Position numbers and translations under genes: made by a program. Below are positions 10,148-19,671 of a stretch of DNA of 64,000 nt, piece by piece. The notes beneath the pieces were generated by a model. That model was given only the letters and a program-made list of their open reading frames with translations, was not told where the DNA came from and did no database searches. Positions within the stretch are counted from its first letter, which is position 1; every line of letters starts with the position of its first letter. The DNA is from Verrucomicrobiales bacterium (GTDB lineage: Bacteria; Verrucomicrobiota; Verrucomicrobiia; Verrucomicrobiales; V1-33): NCBI GenBank assembly GCA_031411295.1, contig JANOAV010000189.1:59333-123332 (forward strand). The letters run 5' to 3'.

Positions 10148-12580
10148 TCATAAGCGTGAAGCGTTGCCCCGGATGAGGCGGAAGGATCCGACGGAGGGAA
10201 GGTTGGGTTTGCTGTGGGAAATCTTGCGAAGCGCCTGCCAGGCTGCTTCGGAGGCGTCCGTGCCCTGTTTCAGGCTGGCGTAGAACGCCTCCATGAGGAC
10301 CGGAGCCACGGGATCGGCCACCGGCGTGGTGGAAACGAGCACGTCCCGCACCCCGGCCGTATGACAGGCACGGGAAAAGTCAAACACGGCCTCGCTGCGC
10401 TGACTGCCGCCGCGTCCGGTATCGCAAGCACTGAGGACCGCCAAGTCCAGGTGGTTAAGTTTCATCGCGGCTACTTCACCTGCAAACAGGAGTCCATTCT
10501 CGGCTTCAGCCAAATTCAGGTTCACCTGCGGACACACCAAGCAATTGCTGAATGGACTGGGCCGACCATCGCTGGCCACATCGGAGACGCCATGCCCCGC
10601 AAAGTGCCAGACGCGCATTGATTTGTCCTCCAGCACTTCGCGTAGCTGGGGTTCCGTAGCGGCTAGTCTAAGCCACGACTGCGGGTGCTGCGCGCCCACG
10701 ACCGTCAGTTCCGGATCGACTTGGGTCAGCTTGGCCAGCGGACGATTCTGCACCAGCGTGAGCGGGAAATTCCAGCCCGCCTTGGGCGCGGGAATTTGCA
10801 ACGGCACGTTGCTGGCATCAATTCCCAGCCAAGTTCCTGGCCGCAAGGGCAAGTTCTGGGCGCCTTGATGAAACATCGTTTCCGGGGTGGCAAGGAAGGT
10901 GATCCATTGCGGGGAATCCAGCAATGCCTGATCCTGCCAGCGCAGAAACGGGATGGGCAGACTGGCCAGAGCACCTTCGAGGAACAGAAAAATGCGCTTG
11001 GTCTCGGAGGCGAACTTGGAGGCAATGGGTCCCCAGATAAATTTCCCCAGACTCGTTAGGATCTTCGTGCGTTCAGCCGTAGAGGCGAGAAGATTGTCGC
11101 GCAGTTGATTCGCTTGATTCAGGGCGGAGGTTAGGTCGTAGCCCAGGTTGATGAAGCTGGGCGGTCCAGTAGGGTTCAAGACCAGTGCGGCCAGCGTGGT
11201 TTCCCATTGTTGGCCAATAGGTTTGCGGAACGTGAACAAGCACAGCAAACAACTGTTGTTCGGCAAGGTAGCCTGCCAATCAGTCAGGGAGTGGAGGCTG
11301 AGCGATTCTCGCATGGCCAATCCAAAGCCACTGAGCAGCGCTGGCACATGCGTGGCACGAGATTCCGCAGGGAGCGCCATGAGGGGGCTGGCAAGGTCCA
11401 AGTGGTCAAGGAAAGCCAAGCGCTCCGCTTCACTTTTGGTGGCAGTGAGCGATTTAATTTGCGCCAGGGCGCAAGTGATCACCTCTTGGGCGGAAATGCT
11501 GGAATCCTTGCCTGAGATGGCCTCCAGCGCCCAGCGGGTGGTGGCGGCATTGCGCCGCAGAGGGTGCGAGGTGGCCAAGGCTTGAAACTTTGGATCAGTC
11601 GTGATGGCTTGCAACGTGCTGCGGCAGGCCTCGAGACTGACGGTGGCCGCCTCCGCTTGTCCCAGAGAACTGTGCGCGGCGGCTTGCAGGCGCAGGGTTT
11701 CGGCTAACGTTAGTTGTGCGGAGAGATCAAGTTTCTGCGACGACAGAGTTTGGGCAATCTCCGTGGTGGTGGCCAGGATGTCTTCCTGCGGATCATTCCC
11801 GTCGATGGCCGACAAGGCAGCGGCAGCGTAGTTGGCACGGATGCTTGCCAGATAAGGGGAGTCTTTGGCCAGCGCCTCCCGGAAGGCGTTGCGGGAGGCG
11901 GCAACATTGCCCATGCGCCAATGCGCCAAGGCGAGATCGCTCCAGACGAGAGCGGGCTCATTGGTGTTAGTTAGGGCTTGCTGCAAGTGTTCCAACGCGG
12001 CTGGGTAGTTACCCATGACATGATACCATGTTCCCAGATTCTGCTCGGCGCGGGAGCGCGCGGAGAGGCACTCCGGATTCGTGCGGTGTGGTGGTTGGTT
12101 GAGCCATTCGATCGCTTCTTCAATCAGCGTCTTGGCGGCGGCGTAATTGGCCTGGGAACGTTGGCTTTCAGCAAAACGCAGGCGCACGTTGGCGGCCAGC
12201 GCAGGCTGGCTGGAGCAGGTCTTGAGGGTTTGCCAGGCGGCCTCGAAGTGAGTTGCGGCCGCACTGGGTTGCAGCTCCGCGAGTTCGGAGAATACTGCGC
12301 CTAACAGGGCTGGATTCGGTTTGGCTGCAAGGAGGTCACGCGCCTGTTGTTGCCAGGAAATGGCTTCGTCCATTTTTTCCAGTTGGCGGCAGGTGACTCC
12401 CAGAAGATAGGCTCGCTGGGCAGGATCAGTATCCTGCGGCTTCAGAGCCAACAACTGCGTGCGCGCCTCGGCGTAGTTGCGATCCTCCATAAGTTGGTCA
12501 AGGTCCGCCGCGGAATCGGCCGGGGCGCTGTTGGTGGCCAGCAGCAGCAGCGCAAAACAAAGCTGGAGCTTAGGGCACAT
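10148..12580 (-). CDS. Exported TPR + CHAT (caspase-like) protease
   Basis: Signal peptide MCPKLQLCFALLLLA; TPR helices (NLGTWYHVMGNYPAALEHLQQAL); catalytic WHFAGHG and VLSACDTG. Confidence 0.88.
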   Translation of the reverse strand: MCPKLQLCFALLLLATNSAPADSAADLDQLMEDRNYAEARTQLLALKPQDTDPAQRAYLLGVTCRQLEKMDEAISWQQQARDLLAAKPNPALLGAVFSELAELQPSAAATHFEAAWQTLKTCSSQPALAANVRLRFAESQRSQANYAAAKTLIEEAIEWLNQPPHRTNPECLSARSRAEQNLGTWYHVMGNYPAALEHLQQALTNTNEPALVWSDLALAHWRMGNVAASRNAFREALAKDSPYLASIRANYAAAALSAIDGNDPQEDILATTTEIAQTLSSQKLDLSAQLTLAETLRLQAAAHSSLGQAEAATVSLEACRSTLQAITTDPKFQALATSHPLRRNAATTRWALEAISGKDSSISAQEVITCALAQIKSLTATKSEAERLAFLDHLDLASPLMALPAESRATHVPALLSGFGLAMRESLSLHSLTDWQATLPNNSCLLCLFTFRKPIGQQWETTLAALVLNPTGPPSFINLGYDLTSALNQANQLRDNLLASTAERTKILTSLGKFIWGPIASKFASETKRIFLFLEGALASLPIPFLRWQDQALLDSPQWITFLATPETMFHQGAQNLPLRPGTWLGIDASNVPLQIPAPKAGWNFPLTLVQNRPLAKLTQVDPELTVVGAQHPQSWLRLAATEPQLREVLEDKSMRVWHFAGHGVSDVASDGRPSPFSNCLVCPQVNLNLAEAENGLLFAGEVAAMKLNHLDLAVLSACDTGRGGSQRSEAVFDFSRACHTAGVRDVLVSTTPVADPVAPVLMEAFYASLKQGTDASEAAWQALRKISHSKPNLPSVGSFRLIRGNASRL

Positions 12581-14375
12581 TGACACGGAGGCGGTAAAAT
12601 TTCTTCTCTCCCGGCTCAGGTATGAGCGCTTCCGACAGCCGATTATTGGTGCAGGGATCCCCATTATTGATCGTTGTGAAAACGGGCACGGGCGCACTCC
12701 AGTCCAGCAAATCGAAGCTCGCTTCCACGGTTAGGCTGGCGTTGCACAAGTCGTAGGCCGCACGGCTGAATTGCAGAAAATAATAGCCGCCATGCTGGGT
12801 GATGCTTAAGCCGCGGTTGGTTTCTGCTGCGCTGGGATCAGTGTTTAAGGCCCACTCGAAGATGTTAGGCAATCCATCCTTATCAGGGTCCGCCAGCTTG
12901 ATGGTGTCGTCTCCCGTGAGTTTTTTCAATCCAATCCAAGTAGCGTAATCCAAGCAGCAAGTGGGCGGAGCGAGATTATTTAAATTCATCTTGCGCAGGA
13001 AGGTCGTTTTGCACCCGGGCGGAAGTGGCAGCGTAACGTCGGATTTTGCGATGACGTAATTGCGCACTTCATTCAGGGTGGCCCACGGGCGGAAGGAAAG
13101 ATAGTAGAGCGCCAACCCGGCCGCATAGCCTGCGGCATAACTGGTGCCGGAACTGCTGATTAGTGCATTGGATGCTTTGCTGGCACGGGTGACGGCACTG
13201 CCTGGAGCGAACAGGTGGGTGGCGGGGCCGAAATTTGAATTCGTCCAAACCGTGTTCGTGGCAGTGGTCGCACCAATGAGGAGGAGGTATTCGGAGGTCG
13301 GAGTGGCGTAAGTTAGGCACGGAGTAAACAGGTCTGCCAGCGTCTTGTTCAAGGGCAGGCCTGAAGGGGTGCGGATGGGGACGGCTGGGGTAATCGTGGA
13401 CACGAGACTGAGGGGCATGCAGCCATTGGACACGGGTGCGCTCGTCAAAGGAAGCTCCGGATCGCTGTTGGAGGCGGCATTCCCGGCGGAGGAAACGATG
13501 ACCAACCCGGTGCGTGAGGCCTCGGCCATCTGCCGCTCCATGATTTCGGAATAACTGAGGTTTGTGCGGTTGGCGAAGAGCAACACGCCACCATCATTCA
13601 TGGGGGAAGCATCGCTGCGTCGCGCTAACTGCTGTTCTGAGGCTTGGAAGATGACGTTAATGGCATCGCTCATCCAAGGTGGCGTCGGTGGTGTAATCGA
13701 GGGAAAATAGATCTGGCAGGGTTCAAGTTTGACCGAGCCACCGTGCAGATGGGCAAACAATCCCGTGTCCTTCCCGACTGCGGTGGAGGCGACTCCGGTG
13801 CCATGATCATGGAGGTCGATGAACGGACTGGCACCAGTTCCGAGCAGGCTTGTCGTCATTAAGCCAGCGCCCCAAACGACCGGAGAAGTGGGGCCGAATT
13901 GACCATGCAGATTGCCGCCAATGAGTTGCTGCACCCCCGTGTCCACGACGTAGAGGGTAACTTGACAGGGAGCGCAACCGGCGGGAGCCGGGAGACCATA
14001 GGGGAGGCTGGCGAGCAAATTTTGCAGGGCCCAGCCGGTGGGCAGAGGATCCGGGGCCGGCGGCCCATCGTTAGGCACCATGAGTTGGTCTTCCTCAATG
14101 AGGTATTCCCGATGCTGGGTGACGAATCCTTGGAACTCCGCAGCCGTGAGTTTGATCAGCGCTAAATTCGTGCGCAAGGCGGCATTGCTGAGCACCCATT
14201 CTCCTGGTTCCTGCGGCGGGTGCGGCAGACTGTTGATGAAATCCTGCTTCGGAATGGGCCCCGTGGAGGCATTGACGCCACGCACGGAAACGAGATAACG
14301 TGTGGTGTTGGTAGTTTGAGCCGGGGCGCTCCACGTCACCAGCAGCAGGAAAAGAAAGGGGAGGAAACGGTGCAT
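12570..14375 (-). CDS. S8 subtilisin-like serine protease with C-terminal DxDxDG...FYR domain
   Basis: Signal peptide; triad YVVDTGV, HDHGTGVAS, SGTSYAA; oxyanion SAGN. Confidence 0.88.
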   Translation of the reverse strand: MHRFLPFLFLLLVTWSAPAQTTNTTRYLVSVRGVNASTGPIPKQDFINSLPHPPQEPGEWVLSNAALRTNLALIKLTAAEFQGFVTQHREYLIEEDQLMVPNDGPPAPDPLPTGWALQNLLASLPYGLPAPAGCAPCQVTLYVVDTGVQQLIGGNLHGQFGPTSPVVWGAGLMTTSLLGTGASPFIDLHDHGTGVASTAVGKDTGLFAHLHGGSVKLEPCQIYFPSITPPTPPWMSDAINVIFQASEQQLARRSDASPMNDGGVLLFANRTNLSYSEIMERQMAEASRTGLVIVSSAGNAASNSDPELPLTSAPVSNGCMPLSLVSTITPAVPIRTPSGLPLNKTLADLFTPCLTYATPTSEYLLLIGATTATNTVWTNSNFGPATHLFAPGSAVTRASKASNALISSSGTSYAAGYAAGLALYYLSFRPWATLNEVRNYVIAKSDVTLPLPPGCKTTFLRKMNLNNLAPPTCCLDYATWIGLKKLTGDDTIKLADPDKDGLPNIFEWALNTDPSAAETNRGLSITQHGGYYFLQFSRAAYDLCNASLTVEASFDLLDWSAPVPVFTTINNGDPCTNNRLSEALIPEPGEKKFYRLRVNVP

Positions 14376-14388
14376 CTGGAATGATCGG

Positions 14389-15879
14389 TTAGAAGAATAA
14401 AGTCATTTGCACGTGCAGCCGGGGAGGCAGGCGGTCTGTCAGTGGCCAGGCCGCCTCACAACGCAACTGCCCCCAGCGGCCCAATTGGGCCCGGATGCCG
14501 GTGCCCAGAGCGATTGGGGTTTCCGTTAACGCCTGTTCCGTCCAAGTATGGCCAGCGTCCGCAAAGCACACTGCTTGCGCTTGCGACTGCGGCAACAGGG
14601 GCAGGGGGATGAACGGGGTGCGGCCCTCGATGCTGCCGCGCAGGCCGGAACTACCAATCAGGGAGCGCTCACGATACCCCCGCACGGCATTTGCTCCCGT
14701 GAGGTAAAATGCTTCCGAAGACAGTAAGGTGCCATCTGCCCATTGGCCACCGATGCTGGTAATCAGGCTGGCGCGGTTCTGCCAGGTGTGCGTCCAGGTG
14801 GCTTGCGCCCGGGCATAGAAAAATTGGGATGAAGCACCGGGCACCCCGGCAGCGTAATCCTCATTGGCACTATGACCCCAGAGCCCACCGGGGCTGTAGA
14901 TGGCTTCGGTGCTGAGTTCCAGCGTGTCCTGTGGATGGGTTAAGCTTATTTTTCCACCAAGCGAAAACGTGGCGACATCCAGCGGTTGCTGCAGCGCGGA
15001 TTGGCCGCCGAAGAAGACATCGGTGGCAAAATGCTTCACCTCCATGCCCAGCCATGTTTCCCCGGCACAACTCACGCTGGGGCGCCAAGGCACGAGGTAT
15101 TTTGCGCTCGCGAACCAGGCTTCCCCAGCCACGGAAATAGCATCGACATCGGGCGATTGCGTTTGCACGAAGGCCCCGGTGAGCGCGATCTCATGATGCC
15201 AGGGGAGTCGCCCTTTCCATTCCCCCATCATCGCGTGATAGGTCTCGAATTCCTCCGCCATCTGGCCTTGCAGGGTCAGGGTGTTGTCGAAGCCGCATAA
15301 ATCTCCCACGCTCATCCCTGCCAGCCAGCGCGCTTCGCCCAGCGGTCGAATGCCATCATTGGAGAAACTTACCCAAGCTGAGAGCGGCATTTCCGGCGGC
15401 AGATCGAATCGCAGGTCGGCTACGTCTGGGGTGGCTCCTGGCGTGGCGGCCACGGTGGCGCGGTGAAATGGATTTCGATTCAAATCGTCCAGCGATTGCT
15501 GTAATTTCACACCGGTTAGGATATCTCCTGAATGCAGACGTGGACTTGGCGCGGCCAGCCAGCGATGTCCCGTCTGGGTCACCTTTCCCACGCGACCCTC
15601 GGTAACTTGCAAGGTGAGCACGCCTTGCTGGCAGGCGTTTTCCGGCAGACTTACTTGGACGACAGGAAAATCCTGCGTTTGATAGTGGGCCACGATCAGA
15701 CTGGCGATTTCCTCTGCGGTTCCCGTGGTGAACTCCTGCCCTTGAAACGCCACCAAGGCATTGGCAAGCTTGGTGGCAGCAGGGATGGGAGCCGCGTGGT
15801 CAAGATTGATGCTGCGGATGGTTTCCCCAAAGCCGGACACTGGGAAAAGGCAGAGAGCGATCCAATGAGCATGACGCAT
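14389..15879 (-). CDS. ShlB/FhaC/HecB (TpsB) outer-membrane transporter
   Basis: POTRA segment YQTQDFPVVQVSLP...GVLTLQVTEGRVG; Omp85-family motif GANAVRGY; C-terminal Phe. Confidence 0.88.
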   Translation of the reverse strand: MRHAHWIALCLFPVSGFGETIRSINLDHAAPIPAATKLANALVAFQGQEFTTGTAEEIASLIVAHYQTQDFPVVQVSLPENACQQGVLTLQVTEGRVGKVTQTGHRWLAAPSPRLHSGDILTGVKLQQSLDDLNRNPFHRATVAATPGATPDVADLRFDLPPEMPLSAWVSFSNDGIRPLGEARWLAGMSVGDLCGFDNTLTLQGQMAEEFETYHAMMGEWKGRLPWHHEIALTGAFVQTQSPDVDAISVAGEAWFASAKYLVPWRPSVSCAGETWLGMEVKHFATDVFFGGQSALQQPLDVATFSLGGKISLTHPQDTLELSTEAIYSPGGLWGHSANEDYAAGVPGASSQFFYARAQATWTHTWQNRASLITSIGGQWADGTLLSSEAFYLTGANAVRGYRERSLIGSSGLRGSIEGRTPFIPLPLLPQSQAQAVCFADAGHTWTEQALTETPIALGTGIRAQLGRWGQLRCEAAWPLTDRLPPRLHVQMTLFF

Positions 15880-15911
15880 GAAAATGAAAGGGGTGGATCG
15901 CGTGGAATAAA

Positions 15912-16583
15912 TCAAGGTGGAGACTGCAGCTTGCTTTGCAGTTGTTGCAGGGCGTTGACCCATTGCGAGGGACGATCTCCCAAGGCGTTTTTGTAGAGCG
16001 CGGGAGCAGGATCAGATTGCGCGACGCCATCTTTCGTAATCGTTAGCAGAACCTTGAGGGGATCGGAGGTGGCATCCAAGTGCACCACCACGCTGGTGTT
16101 GGCGTTGGCGCTGATCAATTCCGCCTGGTCCAACTTCGCCTGTTCCGCAGGGAAATTTTCCAAACCGGTCCATTGCCAGGAAATTCCGGGGATGGTGGCG
16201 ACTTGACCGCCGCCCCGCAACTGATCGCCAGCGCCTGTGGTGGTATGGTTGGTGGAGGGGTTGCCATTTTGCCAGACGAGCAGCGCCACGATACAAGCGG
16301 CGGCCAGGGAACCGCCCCAAGCCATCATATTACGGGAGGAGAAGGCCTCGGTGATACGACTCCACAGGCTGGAGCTTTCCATAGTGCGAGCGGCTGCTTC
16401 TGGAGCAATGCCGAAGGTCTTTTGAATGTCGCTTAACAAATCCGCTGGCAGGGGCGGGGCAGACTCACCGTGATCCGGAGTCGCCTGGGTGGCCAGCCAA
16501 GCGAGGACTTGCTCCGACTGCGGCTGCGTGGAGGCAGGCGTGGCGTGTTGAGTGTTCGCGGGGTGATCTAGTTCTGGTGTCAT
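15912..16583 (-). CDS. Single-TM anti-sigma-factor-like protein
   Basis: Directly downstream of the sigma-like gene; TM WGGSLAAACIVALLVW; extracytoplasmic linker containing LRGGG. Confidence 0.55.
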   Translation of the reverse strand: MTPELDHPANTQHATPASTQPQSEQVLAWLATQATPDHGESAPPLPADLLSDIQKTFGIAPEAAARTMESSSLWSRITEAFSSRNMMAWGGSLAAACIVALLVWQNGNPSTNHTTTGAGDQLRGGGQVATIPGISWQWTGLENFPAEQAKLDQAELISANANTSVVVHLDATSDPLKVLLTITKDGVAQSDPAPALYKNALGDRPSQWVNALQQLQSKLQSPP

Positions 16584-16660
16584 CGGGTATGGAGTAGTTG
16601 GGTTCTACCAAAGATGATCGGATTGGCGGGGGCTGATTTGCAAAATAGTTGAGATTTATT

Positions 16661-17557
16661 TCACGGAAGTTGAATTCTACTCGCCAGGGTGGCGATCATT
16701 TCGTCCACATACTCGTTGAGCCGACGTCGCTTGGTGGCCGAAGAGGCACTGGCTTTTACGCCAAGTTCCTTTAGCACCGCGGGTTCTTCAATGAGCTGCA
16801 TTCGATTCGCGGACTCCAGCACGTAGAGCCGCATGAGCACATTCCACTGGAATTCGGAAAGACAATCCCGGCATTCTTGGTAGCAGGTGTAGAAAGAAAA
16901 TTCCTCACCTGGAGCGGCATCCGGGCTGGGCACCTGCTCGACTTCCTCTCCTGAAACCAAGCCTCCCGGACCAGGAGATCGTTTCTGCGCGGACTTGGCG
17001 CGCAGGTAATCGGTGCCCACATTTTTCGCCATCGCGTGGAGCAACGGCATGAGTTCCTCGTAAACATGAATTGTATCCAGCGGACGAGTTACGCCATCAG
17101 CGCGGGGTTTGAACAGCGCCACCAAGGTGTCCGAGAGCACATCCTCAATTTCCTCCTGCGGCACCCCCAGCGATTTCATCGTCTGCCAATTGCGCTGGCG
17201 GAAATGGTTCAGGGTGGTTTGCCAGGCGGTTCCGGCTGACTGGTCTTGTTGAAGCTGCCGCAAATGAAGCCCCGGCGGATCGGTGGCCGCAGGATCCGCC
17301 CAGAGTGCAGGCGCATCGGCCGCCAAGCGCGCCGAGGCTACCGTCACTAAGGTCGCTTTGCGGGTATTCGACCGCAGGAATTCCACGATTTCTGGCAGCG
17401 AAGTCAGCTTGCGTCCATCTGCCAGCAAACGTTGGAAGACTTCGCGCGCGATTTGCTCCGCTTCTGGCGCAGGCACACAAATCCCTGACAGCGGACGGCG
17501 CGCGATGGCGAAGCTGTCCGACCATAATTTTGTCCATGTTGATTCCGGGAAAGCCAT
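16661..17557 (-). CDS. ECF-type RNA polymerase sigma factor with N-terminal extension
   Basis: Region 2 EEIEDVLSDTLVALF and AMAKNVGTDYLRAKSAQKR; region-4-like CLSEFQWNVLMRLY. Confidence 0.7.
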   Translation of the reverse strand: MAFPESTWTKLWSDSFAIARRPLSGICVPAPEAEQIAREVFQRLLADGRKLTSLPEIVEFLRSNTRKATLVTVASARLAADAPALWADPAATDPPGLHLRQLQQDQSAGTAWQTTLNHFRQRNWQTMKSLGVPQEEIEDVLSDTLVALFKPRADGVTRPLDTIHVYEELMPLLHAMAKNVGTDYLRAKSAQKRSPGPGGLVSGEEVEQVPSPDAAPGEEFSFYTCYQECRDCLSEFQWNVLMRLYVLESANRMQLIEEPAVLKELGVKASASSATKRRRLNEYVDEMIATLASRIQLP

Positions 17558-17799
17558 GATTCGAATAATTAGAAATGGCATACCCACTGCGGGGCCGTCC
17601 AGCGAAATCATGGATAATTGAACGAAAACGACATTTCTACTTCTGATTCCATCCAGGTCGATTGCTTTCAGAACCCTCGTGATCAATCAAATTTCCAGAT
17701 AAATTTTTCGTGAGAGCACGCCAAAGGAATCGCTGGATATTTCACAAAGCGCATTCTAAGATCCGCCAACCCAATCACGCCACTCACTCCTTGCTCCAC

Positions 17800-18792
17800 A
17801 TGAACCTCATTTCTCTGACCCGCCGTCACTTGATTCCCGCACTCGTGATCGCCTGCCAATTAGCTTTGATTCCCGCTATTCACGCTGAGACCAACGGCCT
17901 GGCGGCCACGGTCAATGGTCGTGCGATTACGAAGGCGGAAGTGGATGAGCAGATCAAGAACCAAGTGCGGGCGATTGATGCGCAAGTGCCGGACGTAGCC
18001 AAGCGCGCCGAGCTTAAAAGCAAACTGCGCAAGGAATCATTAGACTCCTTGATTGACCGGGAGTTGATGCTGGCTGAATACATTAAGCTGAGCGGCGGCC
18101 AGCCTGTGAAGCCACAGTATGTGCAGGAAGACATTAAGGACTTCATCAAGCAAACCTACGGTGGGGACAACGACAAATTTTTGAAGGAACTAAAGCAATT
18201 CGGCATGACCCTGAAGAAATTCAGCGAGGTGCGGGAGAAGATGCTCATCGTGCAGATGATGCGTTCCCATGTGACCAAGGAAGTTGGGGTCCCCACGCCA
18301 GACAAAAAGGCTGAGTTCATGAAGAAGCACAGCGATATGTTCCGGGGCACCGAATACATCAAACTGCGCTCCATTACGGTCAGTAAATTCGGCGGAGCAC
18401 CCGGCACCACCCCAGACGACCAGAAGAAGCTGATCAAAGAAATCCGCCAGCGGGTGATCAAAGGTGGGGATTTTGCTTCCGAAGCCAAGACCTACTCCAA
18501 CGACTCCCATGCTTCCAGCGGTGGCGACTGGGGCACGATAGATCGCAGCGCCATGTCGGCCCGCATGGCTGCCGCCGCTTTCGCCCTTGATGCCAAATCC
18601 ATTAGCGATATCATCGAAGACGAAGAGAATTACTATCTGTTTTATGTCGAAGCCAAGCAACCGGGCAAAATGAAGCCCGCCTCTGAGATCGAGCCAGAGT
18701 TGGAGAAACTAGTCCAGAATGAAGAACGCACGCAGTTGCTAAAAGCTTGGTTGGATCGCGCTCGGAGCAAGGCCAATATCAAGAAGTTCTAA
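17800..18792 (+). CDS. SurA/PrsA-like parvulin peptidyl-prolyl isomerase
   Basis: Signal peptide; AATVNGRAIT; GDFASEAKTYSND...GGDWG. Confidence 0.88.
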   Translation: MNLISLTRRHLIPALVIACQLALIPAIHAETNGLAATVNGRAITKAEVDEQIKNQVRAIDAQVPDVAKRAELKSKLRKESLDSLIDRELMLAEYIKLSGGQPVKPQYVQEDIKDFIKQTYGGDNDKFLKELKQFGMTLKKFSEVREKMLIVQMMRSHVTKEVGVPTPDKKAEFMKKHSDMFRGTEYIKLRSITVSKFGGAPGTTPDDQKKLIKEIRQRVIKGGDFASEAKTYSNDSHASSGGDWGTIDRSAMSARMAAAAFALDAKSISDIIEDEENYYLFYVEAKQPGKMKPASEIEPELEKLVQNEERTQLLKAWLDRARSKANIKKF

Positions 18793-18910
18793 ATCCAGGC
18801 GACAGGTAGTCCTGCCTCGCTCTGACGGCAGTAAGCTCAGCGCGTAAGATTTTTCTTGCACGTTAGGCTGGCCGTGTTATCTATTCTGCATTCCTACACG
18901 GAGGTTCCCT

Positions 18911-18985
18911 ATGACAACTACCCTCACAACAAAATCGGCCACGGCGTTCTCTGCAATGAACGCTGGCTGGGTGAGTGCGCTCTAA
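18911..18985 (+). CDS. Putative 24-aa leader peptide MTTTLTTKSATAFSAMNAGWVSAL
   Basis: GGAGGT Shine-Dalgarno at 18900-18905, 5 nt before the ATG; below the ORF-track size cut-off. Confidence 0.4.
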   Translation: MTTTLTTKSATAFSAMNAGWVSAL

Positions 18986-19176
18986 ATGTTGTCGGCGGGT
19001 TCGGATTCATTAATCACCGGAACGCTCACAACGTTCAACCTGGGGTTCACTTGATCAGCCAGCGCTGACTCCAACTAAATGGGTATTCCTTCGAATGCCC
19101 GTAATTTCTCCTCCACGTGATACCGTGGGGAGATTGGTAAATGACACCCTTTGACTGCGGCTTGGTAGCCGTGGTC
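18961..19176 (+). ncRNA. Candidate structured RNA (Y-RNA-like closing stem plus three hairpins) upstream of rbfA-like/rtcB
   Basis: 18961-18977 pairs with 19048-19064 (16/17 including G-U); hairpins at 19081-19100, 19107-19133, 19153-19176. Confidence 0.45.
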
Positions 19177-19191
19177 GCTTGAACTTATTAT

Positions 19192-19611
19192 ATGAAATCA
19201 TCGACTCGATGTTCCGCGCAGGAAATTCATCCTCTCTGCGCTGAACTCCGCCCGGACGACGGGCTCCCTCCGCATCTCACGAAGCGGAAAGAACAACGGG
19301 AAAACCGCGGTCCTCACGAGGGCCGCTCCCAACAATACTGCAAAGCTGTGTGGCGTGCGCTGGATGCTGGCTTAGCCAGCGCCTGTGGCGACCCGCGCTT
19401 GAAATCCCTCGCGATCCTCTCCGTGGAGCCACTCCCCGGCGGATCGAAACTCATTGTCGTGGTCTCAGCTCCCGTAGCTGATCGCGCGGAACTTAGTGCG
19501 CTGGAGCAAGCCTTGCAAAAGGCCTCCGGCCTGCTCCGCTCCGTCGTTGCCAGTGACATCCACCGCAAGCGGGCACCCCATTTAACCTTCCGCGTGGTGC
19601 CTGAAACTTAA
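19192..19611 (+). CDS. RbfA-like (KH-fold) paralogue
   Basis: DPRL...ILSVE, ALQKASGLLRSVVA...KRAPHLTF match the RbfA pattern; extra N-terminal CAELRPDDG segment. Confidence 0.7.
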   Translation: MKSSTRCSAQEIHPLCAELRPDDGLPPHLTKRKEQRENRGPHEGRSQQYCKAVWRALDAGLASACGDPRLKSLAILSVEPLPGGSKLIVVVSAPVADRAELSALEQALQKASGLLRSVVASDIHRKRAPHLTFRVVPET

Positions 19612-19671
19612 CTAATCCCCCACCCTTCCCGACACCATTCTGTGCTTGGGACGGGTGGGCCACTTAACTTT

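Noticed and set aside
18986..19030. Canonical tRNA gene around GGGTTCGGA
   Set aside because: No D-arm, anticodon arm or acceptor stem geometry; retained only as part of the candidate structured RNA
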